A stretch of 64,000 bases of DNA from a virus (IMGVR_UViG_3300020045_006302:1-64000); one strand, 5' to 3'; shown: positions 31,642 to 41,849, counted from the first letter of the stretch. The notes: generated by a model from the letters alone, not told the origin. Translations and numbers: made by a program.

Positions 31642-33966
31642 TTATTTAGTTTTATTATTAATCTTATTTATTTGCTTATTCTTAAGTTTTAAATCTTCAT
31701 CCTTCTGACGTCGTTTTTCAGTATCATCTAATACTTTATGATTAGCTAACATCATTTCTATTTCATTTGCAGGTCTTGCTTCTTGAGGTTCATTACTATC
31801 TCCACTTTCTGCTCTTCTATCTGCTGTATATTTAACTCCTTCTAATTGACTATCTATTTTATATTTTTCCATTTCACGATTATCTGCATCATTATCATTA
31901 ACCATTTGTTGTAATTGTTTTTGATTTTCTGCTTCAGTCGCTTTCATCTGTTCTTCAAATTTCCTTGTCAATTCTTGTTGTTTTTCTATAATCCTACTTA
32001 ATCTTGTAGTACTATTTGTAGAATATAATTTAGGTATAATAGAAACATCTGCTCCATTTTGTATCATTGCTTGTCCTAATCCTCGTAATGCAGTAATAGC
32101 TTCTGTATTATTTGTAGAGTTTTTAACAAATACTCCGTAACTTCTATTAAGATGATGTATTACATTGTCTGCATTAAGATTAATTACAGCTTGACTTCCA
32201 TCACTACGAATATATTTAGCTTTTTTACCATTTATCCATGCTAATTTACTTAAATCTACAACACCTTCATAATCTTTTTCCATTACCTTTTCAAAACGTC
32301 TTGTAAGTTCTGCTGTTATAATAGCACTTCTTACTATAGCCTGTTCTGTTGTAGATTTTCCTGCAGAAGTTCCTATATCAGCATATCGTTGAGGTGTCAT
32401 TCCAATACTTTCCCAATACTCTCCTTTAGTTTCTCTAATAAATTCTAAACATTCTTTTACGAAATTCATATCAGAAGTATTTATAGATTTTATCATTTGT
32501 CCTGCATAAGAAGCATTAGGAGAAGTTTCATCAATCCATAATATACCAGTTGCATCTGCATGATACATTACATCTTTAGCAGTCATACCTTGTTTTTTAG
32601 GTATTAAACCAAAAGGCATAACTGTCATTGTACCTTTATGCCTATTAATATATTTTTCTGCTTGATAATGTACAGTATTAATTAATCTTTGATAATCCAT
32701 TCCTTCTTTAATAAGAGAAGCTACTCCACCTGATGGAGATAATTCTTCTCGTCCATTATAAGAAAGTTTTTGTATAGATGTATTATTTAATTCTGCTCTA
32801 TTTTCTACTAAAGGTCCAACATTTAAATAATGATTATCATATTTCCATGCTTGAAATACTAAGTTTTCCCATATCCATTCTATATCTATATCTCCTTGTT
32901 CTTCATTAAGTTTATAAGTTTCATCTACTTGCATAGTAGTAACTTGTCCTAATTCATCTTCATAAGTTAATATACCTATAGGTACCCATGTTTTAAATTG
33001 TACATGATATAATGCTACTGTATTTCCTGTTCCTAATATACTATTATAGTTACTTCCATTTATATAAGCAGGTGCTTCTCGCATTAATCCTCCTTTTCCA
33101 ACTGGAACTACAACTGAATTACCACTCATGTTATAATTCCTTGCATCACTATCTAATTTTTCTAATATACTTTTATCTAAATCTTTAAATGTATCAATCA
33201 TATAAGATACTGTAACAATTTGTTTTCTTACGGCATAACTTCTATCTTCTACATATATATTATTTTTTTCATAAGGAACAAACATTTCATCTGCCGGAAC
33301 AATTTGTACTATAACATCGTCATTTAAAACTTGTTTATAAGTATAAACACATCCATATGCAACCCAATCCCAATATGCAGTAATATATTTATCTTCTAAA
33401 TCTTGATTAAAATGTATATAATCTAATGCCTCTTGTCCTGTTAAAACTAAATTAGCATCATAAGATTGTTTAAAGTTTTCTTTATATTGTTCAAGTGTAG
33501 GTAATTCTTGGCTTTCTTCTCCTGTAGGAAATCCTATATTATTTAAAGTATTAATTACTTCTTGTTGATAATATCCTCTTAATGCTACAACTAATGCATC
33601 TTTATATGCACTTTCATCATCAGGATTAAAATCTATAACTTCATATTCATGTGCTCGTCTACCAAATTCCCCAACTAATAAATTAATTAATCCTAATAAT
33701 ATATTATGATTTCTTAGTTTAGCATTAAAACTTGGTTCTTGTCCATCTGTACCTGTTTTCCTATTATAAGTATTAGTAATTCTTTTATAATCATTCTCAT
33801 ATATAACACCATGTATCATATCTCGAATTTCATATATCTCTTGTGTCCTATTACTATGTGTAGCTTCTTCTATATAATAATCAATAGTATCATATATAGC
33901 CATTCTACCTTTATCATCTTTTTTAAGTTTTTCTGCTAAAGTAGTATATTGTTTAGGTAGTATCAT
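31642..33966 (-). CDS. Portal protein
   Basis: 774 aa between TerL and scaffold; F.AKLRNHNI...IN.LVGE..RR and YQRL.N.+.Y..E..I...KG motifs. Confidence 0.85.
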   Translation of the reverse strand: MILPKQYTTLAEKLKKDDKGRMAIYDTIDYYIEEATHSNRTQEIYEIRDMIHGVIYENDYKRITNTYNRKTGTDGQEPSFNAKLRNHNILLGLINLLVGEFGRRAHEYEVIDFNPDDESAYKDALVVALRGYYQQEVINTLNNIGFPTGEESQELPTLEQYKENFKQSYDANLVLTGQEALDYIHFNQDLEDKYITAYWDWVAYGCVYTYKQVLNDDVIVQIVPADEMFVPYEKNNIYVEDRSYAVRKQIVTVSYMIDTFKDLDKSILEKLDSDARNYNMSGNSVVVPVGKGGLMREAPAYINGSNYNSILGTGNTVALYHVQFKTWVPIGILTYEDELGQVTTMQVDETYKLNEEQGDIDIEWIWENLVFQAWKYDNHYLNVGPLVENRAELNNTSIQKLSYNGREELSPSGGVASLIKEGMDYQRLINTVHYQAEKYINRHKGTMTVMPFGLIPKKQGMTAKDVMYHADATGILWIDETSPNASYAGQMIKSINTSDMNFVKECLEFIRETKGEYWESIGMTPQRYADIGTSAGKSTTEQAIVRSAIITAELTRRFEKVMEKDYEGVVDLSKLAWINGKKAKYIRSDGSQAVINLNADNVIHHLNRSYGVFVKNSTNNTEAITALRGLGQAMIQNGADVSIIPKLYSTNSTTRLSRIIEKQQELTRKFEEQMKATEAENQKQLQQMVNDNDADNREMEKYKIDSQLEGVKYTADRRAESGDSNEPQEARPANEIEMMLANHKVLDDTEKRRQKDEDLKLKNKQINKINNKTK

Positions 33967-33975
33967 ATATTATTA

Positions 33976-36252
33976 TTAATTAAATGGATTAGAGAAATAA
34001 TCATCTTGTAGTTGACCTAATGCATTTGGAAGTTCTACAGTTTGTTCTTTATGTATCATTTCTCTAATATCATACATTCCTACTATAAGAGTTGATACTC
34101 TATCTGTATTTCGTTTTCCATCATATTTAAGAAGTTCTCGTAAGATACCAACATCATAAATATAATTCAAATTTAATATCTTTTTACCTGTATCGTCAAT
34201 ATATCTAACCTGTTTAAGCCAATCTGCAACCCACATAGCACCGTTTTTCTTACGGTTCATATTGGCAGCTATTGATATACCAGTCTTTCTACCTTTACCA
34301 CCGCCTTGTAAATCTTTTTGATATTGAAATTCAGGTTCTTGTTTTAGTAATTGAGAATATCCTAATATCTTAGCATTAGTTTTAACATCACCTCTATCAT
34401 TTTCATATAATAGTTTTGCTTTAAAATATTCTACTCCTAAAAACATTTGTTCATCATATTCAATTGTATTTTCAGTTCTACCTACATATAATGCTACAAT
34501 CCTATCTCCATGTGTATGTGTAAATGGATTTACAGCTTCATATATCATAGTACTTGCTAATGAATCTTTTAATGTAAACTCTTTAACTTCCTTCTCTATT
34601 CCAAATGGGTCATTCCATGCATGATATAATCCTTCCGGAATTTCTCTTGTTGCAGGATGTACATAAGGCATTTCATATAGTATCCAACATCCTGTTAAAT
34701 CTGTTTTAGGTTTTAATGGATATTCTGTAACTGGATTAGGTATTATATCTGTAGAGAAATTTCCTTCTAATCCTCGTTGTACAAATTTAATTTTACCTTT
34801 ATCATCTTTAACAAATATGCCTTCTCGTCCTATTCCTTTTAATTTAGGATCACGAGTTACTCTCATTAATTGTTCATCAATTTCTTTAGAAGGCATTAAT
34901 GAATTTGTAACCCTACTAAAAGCTTGAGAAGGTTTATCAGGTTCTTCCATTTCATGTTGAGTAAGTTTAGTAGGACTATGTCTTACTTTATCTTTTTCTC
35001 TTTCATTTTCAAGTATAGAACCTTTTATATCACTATTTCCATGTATATCTATTAATCCCGGTTTATTTATAAAACATGGATGAAAGAATCCACAGCCAGT
35101 ATCAGACATATTATTATCCCACATATTTTGGAACATAATAAAGTTCTGTGCAAATCCTTCGTAAAACAATTCTTCAAAATCTGCCCAATAACTTTCGTCA
35201 CCTCCACCTGTTCCAAATACTACAAGTGTACCTGTACTATATATACCATCTGTAAATGCTTTCAATGCTGCTGCTATAGCTTCAGCTAAATTTCTACATT
35301 TACCTGCTTCTTCTATTATAGCAAAATCAGCATCTTTACCACGTATTGCACCTGGGTCTTTACTTAAAATTGCAGTATAAATATTAGATAAAAATCCTAA
35401 TTTCTCTGCTAATCCTTTTGCTTGGAAACCTATTTGTATATGTTCTAATCTATCATTTAATCTTTCCTTAGTCCAGTCTGTATTTTTATTTATAAAATTT
35501 AAATAATTCTGAACTTTTACCATAGTACCATCATCATATAATGAAGTACTATCATAAGCAGCTACTACTGATGTAGTACGTGGATATAAATCTGCTCTAT
35601 TAGCAACTACCCATCCATTTTTATATGAGTATCCTTTACGACGTGCTTTACCTACACATAAATGACGGCCTATAAGTCTACATAATTCTAATGCTTTAAA
35701 GTAATAATAATCTCCATCCCAAAATGAAGGCAAAGAAAAAGATTTAGTTGTACCTCCTTGTGTAGAAGTAATTAATTCTCCTGATGGAGAATATAATGCA
35801 CCTTGTTTTATTTCAAAATCTTTAGTTCTTTTTATTTCTGCATAATTTAAATAACCATAATGTTCTCCTGTTATATGAATTTTTTGTAATTCATAAGAAC
35901 CATCATCATTTTTTATTAATTTTCCATATGCAGACATTCCTTCTTTTCTTCGCTTTTCTTCTTCATCCCAAAAAGCATTATATTCTGCTCTATCCCAAGT
36001 AGGATGTAAATCTGTATATCTACCTGTCTTTACAAATTGCTGTCCAGTTTTAGTAAATTCAGAAGTATTACAAAATGCTATATCTTCTGCTGTATACATT
36101 TTTAAATTTGCATCAGGATTTTCAAATGTAACCAAATCTACTTCTCTATATGGACTTCCATATAAATCTGTAATAGGTCTTTTAGGTAAGTCATATAATG
36201 TACTTCCTAATCCTGCTACAACATCATATGCATTAGAAGCTATAGTCCTCAT
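33976..36252 (-). CDS. terL: Terminase large subunit
   Basis: 758 aa; KARRKGYSYK Walker A variant, IIEEAGK Walker B, VFGTGG, WNDP, YENDRG and NTDRVS nuclease motifs. Confidence 0.93.
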   Translation of the reverse strand: MRTIASNAYDVVAGLGSTLYDLPKRPITDLYGSPYREVDLVTFENPDANLKMYTAEDIAFCNTSEFTKTGQQFVKTGRYTDLHPTWDRAEYNAFWDEEEKRRKEGMSAYGKLIKNDDGSYELQKIHITGEHYGYLNYAEIKRTKDFEIKQGALYSPSGELITSTQGGTTKSFSLPSFWDGDYYYFKALELCRLIGRHLCVGKARRKGYSYKNGWVVANRADLYPRTTSVVAAYDSTSLYDDGTMVKVQNYLNFINKNTDWTKERLNDRLEHIQIGFQAKGLAEKLGFLSNIYTAILSKDPGAIRGKDADFAIIEEAGKCRNLAEAIAAALKAFTDGIYSTGTLVVFGTGGGDESYWADFEELFYEGFAQNFIMFQNMWDNNMSDTGCGFFHPCFINKPGLIDIHGNSDIKGSILENEREKDKVRHSPTKLTQHEMEEPDKPSQAFSRVTNSLMPSKEIDEQLMRVTRDPKLKGIGREGIFVKDDKGKIKFVQRGLEGNFSTDIIPNPVTEYPLKPKTDLTGCWILYEMPYVHPATREIPEGLYHAWNDPFGIEKEVKEFTLKDSLASTMIYEAVNPFTHTHGDRIVALYVGRTENTIEYDEQMFLGVEYFKAKLLYENDRGDVKTNAKILGYSQLLKQEPEFQYQKDLQGGGKGRKTGISIAANMNRKKNGAMWVADWLKQVRYIDDTGKKILNLNYIYDVGILRELLKYDGKRNTDRVSTLIVGMYDIREMIHKEQTVELPNALGQLQDDYFSNPFN

Positions 36253-36716
36253 TATATTATAGTATATATTTCGTTAATATCTATATATCTTCCTATACCT
36301 GCTAATTTAGATGCTTTAGAATGATCTTCCTTACATCCTACAAATAAAGAAGCTGCTATAAACAATTCATGTTCCATAGCAGCATCATATATTAATCCCG
36401 GATTAGGCATTTGTTCAAAAGATTTTCTTTTATAGGAATAATGTACTTTTACTCTTAATCCTTTCTTTACTTCTCTTTCTATTTTTCTACAAATAGTATT
36501 TATTTTATAATCAAATATTTCTTTTTTAATTATTCCATCTTCTATTTGATTTTGATTACTTAGTATAACTATATCATAATTATTATTATGGAATTTTTTT
36601 ATTAATTCTACTATACCGTTAGTTAGTTTCCAATCTTCTGAATGAAGTCCATATAGTCTTCCACTAATAGTTGTTATTAATGTATCATCTAAATTTATAA
36701 ATAATGCTCTATACAT
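36252..36716 (-). CDS. HAD-superfamily (PNKP 3'-phosphatase/GmhB-like) fold protein with degenerate active site
   Basis: FINLDDTLITTISG...DWKL, ILSNQ, QMPNPG and FVGC..D align to HAD IIIA motifs I-IV, but the key Asp residues are substituted. Confidence 0.7.
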   Translation of the reverse strand: MYRALFINLDDTLITTISGRLYGLHSEDWKLTNGIVELIKKFHNNNYDIVILSNQNQIEDGIIKKEIFDYKINTICRKIEREVKKGLRVKVHYSYKRKSFEQMPNPGLIYDAAMEHELFIAASLFVGCKEDHSKASKLAGIGRYIDINEIYTII

Positions 36717-36770
36717 ATTATTTTATTTAAGTTCTTTAACATTTCCCTATAGAAAGACTATCAGATAAAG

Positions 36771-37712
36771 CTAACTTGCTTGTAGGTAATCCTGTAGCAT
36801 AGCTTCTACTTCTTTCTTTAGATAAGGTATTTTTATTACTTTAGGTTCATGATTATCTCTAATATGTATAATTTCTAATCCTCCTTCTACTAATTCATAT
36901 CCCCAGCATTCTAGTATATAAGCATATGTAGAAAGCTGCATTGCATATTTATAAAAATTACAACAAGGAACATGATGTAAAGGATATAACATAGTTTTAC
37001 CTGTAGCTATAAATTTATCTCCTTTTATCCATTTACCTCCAATGTTTTCTTTTTTATAATATCCTGCTACAGTAAGAAATTCATCTTTATTTGTTTTCCA
37101 GTCTAATATACAAAACTTATTTCCTTTAAATATAGGAACATCAATCATTCCTGCTAATTTAAAATCATCTAAATGTACTTTCTTTTCTGCATATATACTA
37201 CAACCTCTTTCTATATATGATTTCAATCTATTATATATATAAGGAAATTTACTTCCTATTTCTGTTACATCTAAGTCATGTGTCGTAGCTATAACATTAT
37301 GTCCTAATCCTAATACCGGTTGTATAGAAGCATTAGTACTTCCTTTATAATCTCCTTTACTTTTATTTATATTATCTTCTAAGAAATTATGTGTAGCACT
37401 GCCTTTCATACAAGCATCTGCAGTATTTGCAGCCCAAGTAGCAATAGTTAAATTTTGGTAAGTTGCAAATGTTTTATCTTTCTTAAGGTCTTTTAATTTA
37501 TAAGCAACACCTGCTACTATAATAACACCTTTTTCATATTCTGCTTTTACTTTATAATGCCTATCTTTTAATGCAGTGTACATACTCCAGTAATCTGTAT
37601 CAAATTCTTCTGCATATTTGCCTATTAAAGTTGTTACAGAAATATACTTAGTATTCTTTTCATTAGTATATTCATGTAATTTTTCGTCAAACTTTATTTC
37701 TTTGTACTGCAT
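36771..37712 (-). CDS. PD-(D/E)XK exonuclease
   Basis: SVTTLIG, GSATH, AGMID...ILDWKT and YAMQLSTYAY motifs. Confidence 0.85.
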   Translation of the reverse strand: MQYKEIKFDEKLHEYTNEKNTKYISVTTLIGKYAEEFDTDYWSMYTALKDRHYKVKAEYEKGVIIVAGVAYKLKDLKKDKTFATYQNLTIATWAANTADACMKGSATHNFLEDNINKSKGDYKGSTNASIQPVLGLGHNVIATTHDLDVTEIGSKFPYIYNRLKSYIERGCSIYAEKKVHLDDFKLAGMIDVPIFKGNKFCILDWKTNKDEFLTVAGYYKKENIGGKWIKGDKFIATGKTMLYPLHHVPCCNFYKYAMQLSTYAYILECWGYELVEGGLEIIHIRDNHEPKVIKIPYLKKEVEAMLQDYLQAS

Positions 37713-37713
37713 A

Positions 37714-38391
37714 TTATGATGTTGGTATTTCTCTGTTTCCTATTTCTCTTCCTCCTACTTTAACTAATTTTCCTCCTCCTTCTTCTGCAAACTTTGCAGC
37801 CAATCCGTCAAGTACTGATTTAAGTTTAGGTAGTTTTTCTATATTACTTGCAATATCACTTTGCATATCTGACAATTTAGAAAGTAAATTTATATATTCT
37901 TTTACTTTACCCACTTGTTCTTTATCAGGTTCTCCTATTATTTCTACATCTTGTTTCCAAGTACGTATCATAACTTTTAGATTATCTATTTCATTTTGTT
38001 GATATTCTATATCTTCTGCTGCGCTATAAAAACTTCTTTCTGCTGCATAATAAGCTTTTCCTAATGGAGATAGAATTATATCTTGTTTCATTCTATCAAT
38101 TGCTTTTAATAACAATTTATCTTTAGATATATCAGGTTCTATTCCTGCTATTGCGGCAGCTTGTTTTTTTCTTTCTGCATAAGGAATAGCATTTAAACTA
38201 CTTGCAGGATGTACTAAATGAAATGCAAAAACTAATTCTTTACAAGTTTGTAATTTATTTCTTCCTTCACTATCTCCGGGACACCCTTTATCCCTTTTAA
38301 TTAGTTTACGGTATTCCTCTGTAGCATACACTTGTTCATGTAGTACTAATCCATCTTTATTTGTCCATTTGAATAAATTACTAAAACTCAT
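37714..38391 (-). CDS. Hypothetical helical protein in the terL operon
   Basis: 225 aa ORF with coiled coil, ending GGREIGNRE. Confidence 0.5.
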   Translation of the reverse strand: MSFSNLFKWTNKDGLVLHEQVYATEEYRKLIKRDKGCPGDSEGRNKLQTCKELVFAFHLVHPASSLNAIPYAERKKQAAAIAGIEPDISKDKLLLKAIDRMKQDIILSPLGKAYYAAERSFYSAAEDIEYQQNEIDNLKVMIRTWKQDVEIIGEPDKEQVGKVKEYINLLSKLSDMQSDIASNIEKLPKLKSVLDGLAAKFAEEGGGKLVKVGGREIGNREIPTS

Positions 38392-38394
38392 ATA

Positions 38395-38853
38395 TTAGTC
38401 TTTATGATTTTCTATTTTTCTTCCTAATGCTTTAAGTATTTTAAATACAGGCTTTTTAACAGTTTCAGTATTTAATACTTCTTCTATAGTAGCAACTTTA
38501 TGTGCAACTTCTCTTTCTTTCTTTTTATTATTCTCTGTTCTTATTGCCCAGTATTTATACATTTCATTTAATACCTCTTCTTTATTAAACTCAGGATTAA
38601 GTTTAGCATTTTCATTTATTAATCTAATAGCTTCTTTACGTTCGTATCTACGTTCCATTCTATTAACATTCATAAATTTACCTAAACACGGTAGTCTTAC
38701 ATTCATTTTTTTTGTAACTCCTAATCCTAATCCAATAAATTGAAAATCTACAATTTTAGATATCTCCTCAATACTTAAATTCTGTTTAAATTTAATATCT
38801 ATTTTACCTTGTATATTTTCTAATATATCAATTAATGTATCATCTAATTTCAT
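38395..38853 (-). CDS. Possible IHF/HU-like DNA-binding protein
   Basis: LSIEEISKIVDFQF...+...+RLPCLGKF resembles the HU/IHF helix plus V.+.GFG.F arm; basic protein. Confidence 0.45.
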   Translation of the reverse strand: MKLDDTLIDILENIQGKIDIKFKQNLSIEEISKIVDFQFIGLGLGVTKKMNVRLPCLGKFMNVNRMERRYERKEAIRLINENAKLNPEFNKEEVLNEMYKYWAIRTENNKKKEREVAHKVATIEEVLNTETVKKPVFKILKALGRKIENHKD

Positions 38854-39306
38854 TTATGTAATAATTAAAGAAGGTTTAACATCTGTAATGATATTAGATT
38901 TAGGTTTTTCTTTTTGTTCTTCCATTTGTTGTTTTCCAATTCCAAATGCAGTTAATGCGCATAATGCATTATTAATTAAATCTTGTAATGCTTTTTCGTA
39001 TAATGTCCATTTTCCTTTTAAAGGTTCTACTGGATGAAAAGATTGATGTAATATCATTTTACTTTCTATTACTTCTGATTTATCTATTATAAAATATTCT
39101 AATATATAATAATCTTTTATCTTCTTTATATTATTATTTAATGTTGATTGTAATTCTAGAGTAGCAGTTCCTTTTTCAAATGATATTCGATAAGAATGTT
39201 TTACATTTTGAGAATATGCATAATTAGTTTGTTTACCAATTAACTGTATAATTAAACTTTCTAAATGTATTAGGTTTTGTGATTTTTTTACTTCTATATC
39301 TGCCAT
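38854..39306 (-). CDS. Hypothetical protein (first gene of the late arm)
   Basis: 150 aa ORF, in frame with the operon layout. Confidence 0.55.
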   Translation of the reverse strand: MADIEVKKSQNLIHLESLIIQLIGKQTNYAYSQNVKHSYRISFEKGTATLELQSTLNNNIKKIKDYYILEYFIIDKSEVIESKMILHQSFHPVEPLKGKWTLYEKALQDLINNALCALTAFGIGKQQMEEQKEKPKSNIITDVKPSLIIT

Positions 39307-40485
39307 TTCTATTCTTTCTTTAATTGTATATTAATCTCATTATGTTTTTGCTTCTTTCCCTATAGAAAGACCATCCATTAAATCTGTATGTAAATATATG
39401 TAATTACTTGATACTCCGCAAGCAATTACAGCATAATGTGTAAATATTTTTATAGGAGTAGAAAAATTAACATAAGTAATAGTATAAATATGAATTAAAT
39501 TTCATACCTCGCGTGCATACGTACACGCAGGCGTATAATATACATTAATATTTGTAATAATAAAATATTATTTTCATTAGGTTATTAAGTTTCTTATGCT
39601 ATATTAAGGACTCTTATATAATTATATAAAATAATGTAAATTAAATTAATATACAAATATTATTATACAAATTTTACAAATTTTAACATTTTTACTATAT
39701 ACAAAATTATATTATAAAAATGTACAAAAATTATATTATTTTCATAAAATTAAATTATATTATTCTCATACAACCATAATCTACAGTTGATGGAATGTCT
39801 TTGTATAGGGAAAGGTTACAAAACTTAATAAACTTTAATTACATAAATTTCATAAAATTACAGTAATAATTTTAAATACTTTTTATTATGATTTTCAAGA
39901 ATAAGTAACTAAGTGGTCTCAGCTACTTTATTGGGTACATTAGGATTTATATTATTTACATATAGATTTTCTTATGAGTATGAGTGTAGCTAAACTTAAA
40001 TAATTTAAAGAATTTATAAATGTAAATTAAAATTATTTAAATTTTGTATTATTTTAAAGAATAGTATCATAAGTTTTATAAGATTATATTGTAGTATTTT
40101 TATTAAATTTTATAAAAGATTAAAATTATTGTGTTAAATGTTGGATTAAGAATGATTTATTTTATTGAGAATAGTTAGAGTTTTATTTTATGGATATTTT
40201 AGAAATTTTATAAGGAGATTTAGTGTGTTTTAAATTGTGTAAATAGTGTGAGGATTATTATAGAGATTATTATAGACAAATTGTTATAGAATTTATTATG
40301 GCTTGATAAGAAGGATGAATATGGGGAAATACTGCACGATTAAATGATATTAGCCGTAGATATATGGACGTACCCTATCTTTCACCCCCGCATAGTTTTG
40401 GACGGACAGAATACCCCGTACCTTAATCTATATAGAAATTTAGAAATCTAAATTCCAAAAAATAGATTATAAACTTTGTAAATAA
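39307..40485. promoter_or_regulatory. Divergent non-coding control region between the late and early arms
   Basis: About 1.2 kb with no ORF, extremely AT-rich, strand switch point; contains GC-rich hairpins, skewed tracts and two copies of the dispersed motif. Confidence 0.7.
39980..40015 (-). repeat. Left copy of a 36-bp imperfect inverted repeat
   Basis: Reverse complement aaattctttaaattatttaagtttagctacactcat matches 42814-42849 at 31/36 positions. Confidence 0.7.
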
Positions 40486-40509
40486 TTGTTAACTTTAAAT
40501 ATTTTTATT

Positions 40510-41088
40510 ATGAAAACTACACGTGTAATCACAGATGTAAAATTAATTGACCGTAATGTTAAACGTGCTATTGTTGTCCTATCATTGGATGGACATGCAG
40601 ATGTAGTACGAACTACAGACCAAATGTTAATAGACTTCCAAAATAGTCTATTAATACGAGATGTACGTAGTACTGAAGACCCTCGTTTTGTAAAAGCATT
40701 ACGTAGTCTTAAAGGAGCAAAACTAACAGGAGATTTGCAACCTCGTAAAGCAGGAGAAAGCTATACGATTGATGCTACACATCCTGATGTTGTTGCTGGT
40801 AAAGCTAAAGCAGGCGAAAAACGTATTGCTGAAAAAGATGGTGTATGGGTTGAGGGATTTCTTTCCATAGAAGAAAGCCTACAAACTCAAATGGTAAATG
40901 CAGAAGCAGAAGCTTGGGCAGAAAAACGAGCACAAATACTAAATCTTAGTAATATGTTTGGCTCATTTAATGCTACTACAGCTGCTGCACCTGTTGAGCC
41001 TGAAAATGTGTATGTTCCTTCTGAAGAAGTTCCTTCTGAAGAGCAGGAAATACTCGACGAAGTGCTTGGTAATGGTAAACCTGCATAA
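40510..41088 (+). CDS. First early gene, hypothetical protein with acidic tail
   Basis: The ORF track starts at TTG 40486; ATG 40510 is the more likely start. High-expression codons (CGT), acidic C-terminus, followed by a terminator. Confidence 0.75.
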   Translation: MKTTRVITDVKLIDRNVKRAIVVLSLDGHADVVRTTDQMLIDFQNSLLIRDVRSTEDPRFVKALRSLKGAKLTGDLQPRKAGESYTIDATHPDVVAGKAKAGEKRIAEKDGVWVEGFLSIEESLQTQMVNAEAEAWAEKRAQILNLSNMFGSFNATTAAAPVEPENVYVPSEEVPSEEQEILDEVLGNGKPA

Positions 41089-41103
41089 CGTAACAACCTA
41101 ACT

Positions 41104-41144
41104 TGCATTGCGGTTCCTACACGGAGCCGTGATGCATTTTATTT
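41104..41144 (+). terminator. Intrinsic terminator
   Basis: tgcattgcggttcc-tacac-ggagccgtgatgca 14-bp stem with G-U pairs, then ttttattt. Confidence 0.8.
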
Positions 41145-41188
41145 ACCTAATTAATTCAGATTTCTAAACTACACAATTAATATAAATT

Positions 41189-41374
41189 ATGCAATCATTT
41201 AAAAATATACTTGCAGTAATACTTCTCATACTTGCAACTACTATACTTCTTTCAGACTTCCAAGATGATAATATATTACATTATATATTAATGCTTCTAA
41301 CCACTAAAGCAATAGGAGTATTATTAGCAATTAAAGCAATAAAAACTTATAAACCTCAACCAAATGATAAATAG
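41189..41374 (+). CDS. Small two-TM membrane protein
   Basis: 61 aa, two hydrophobic segments. Confidence 0.55.
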   Translation: MQSFKNILAVILLILATTILLSDFQDDNILHYILMLLTTKAIGVLLAIKAIKTYKPQPNDK

Positions 41375-41849
41375 CGAAACAATATTTACATTCATAGTAA
41401 TATTATCTGTATTAACAATAGCAGTAATATGTTTACTTACATATGTAATTAATACAGTAATTACAAATGATGTTAAAAATGAAGAGAATTATAAATCTCT
41501 TAAAGAACAATTAAATGAATTAAGAAATTCAAATAATATTATACTTCAATACTTTAAAAAATTAAATAATAAAGAACCTTTATTTACTGTAGAAGAAGTA
41601 GAATTTATACCTTTAAAAGTAATATTAAAAGGTAATAAAGAAAGAATTAAAATAATTGCAGACCTGTATGATAAAGTAGAATATGGAGAATTTAAAATAT
41701 TAGACCGTATATTACTACATGGAATGTCTACAAAAGAATTTGAACATAAATTATATCAAATAGAAGAATATTTTAAAAAATCTCTTATATATGATAAAGA
41801 TTTTTACACATCATTAACACAAGAACAATTAAAAGATTTAAAATTATGA
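41364..41849 (+). CDS. Single-TM hypothetical protein
   Basis: 161 aa, N-terminal TM plus coiled coil. Confidence 0.65.
   Translation: MINSETIFTFIVILSVLTIAVICLLTYVINTVITNDVKNEENYKSLKEQLNELRNSNNIILQYFKKLNNKEPLFTVEEVEFIPLKVILKGNKERIKIIADLYDKVEYGEFKILDRILLHGMSTKEFEHKLYQIEEYFKKSLIYDKDFYTSLTQEQLKDLKL

Noticed and set aside
12846-35289. Plus-strand ORFs at 12846, 16911, 18533, 23693, 25006, 26718, 27526, 29088, 33739 and 35080
   Set aside because: All lie antisense to well-supported late genes and have no family motifs. 26718-26903 overlaps island D only partly and starts at TTG, so it does not explain the island.
1-39306. Stop-codon reassignment (TAG or TGA), known in some crAss-like phages
   Set aside because: All late and replication genes are full length in the standard code; the apparent gap at 1-8370 is an edge-truncated ORF.
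41095-41140. Possible twister ribozyme (taa...gcggttcc...)
   Set aside because: Lacks the twister P4 loop and pseudoknot residues; fully explained as a terminator hairpin with a U-tract.
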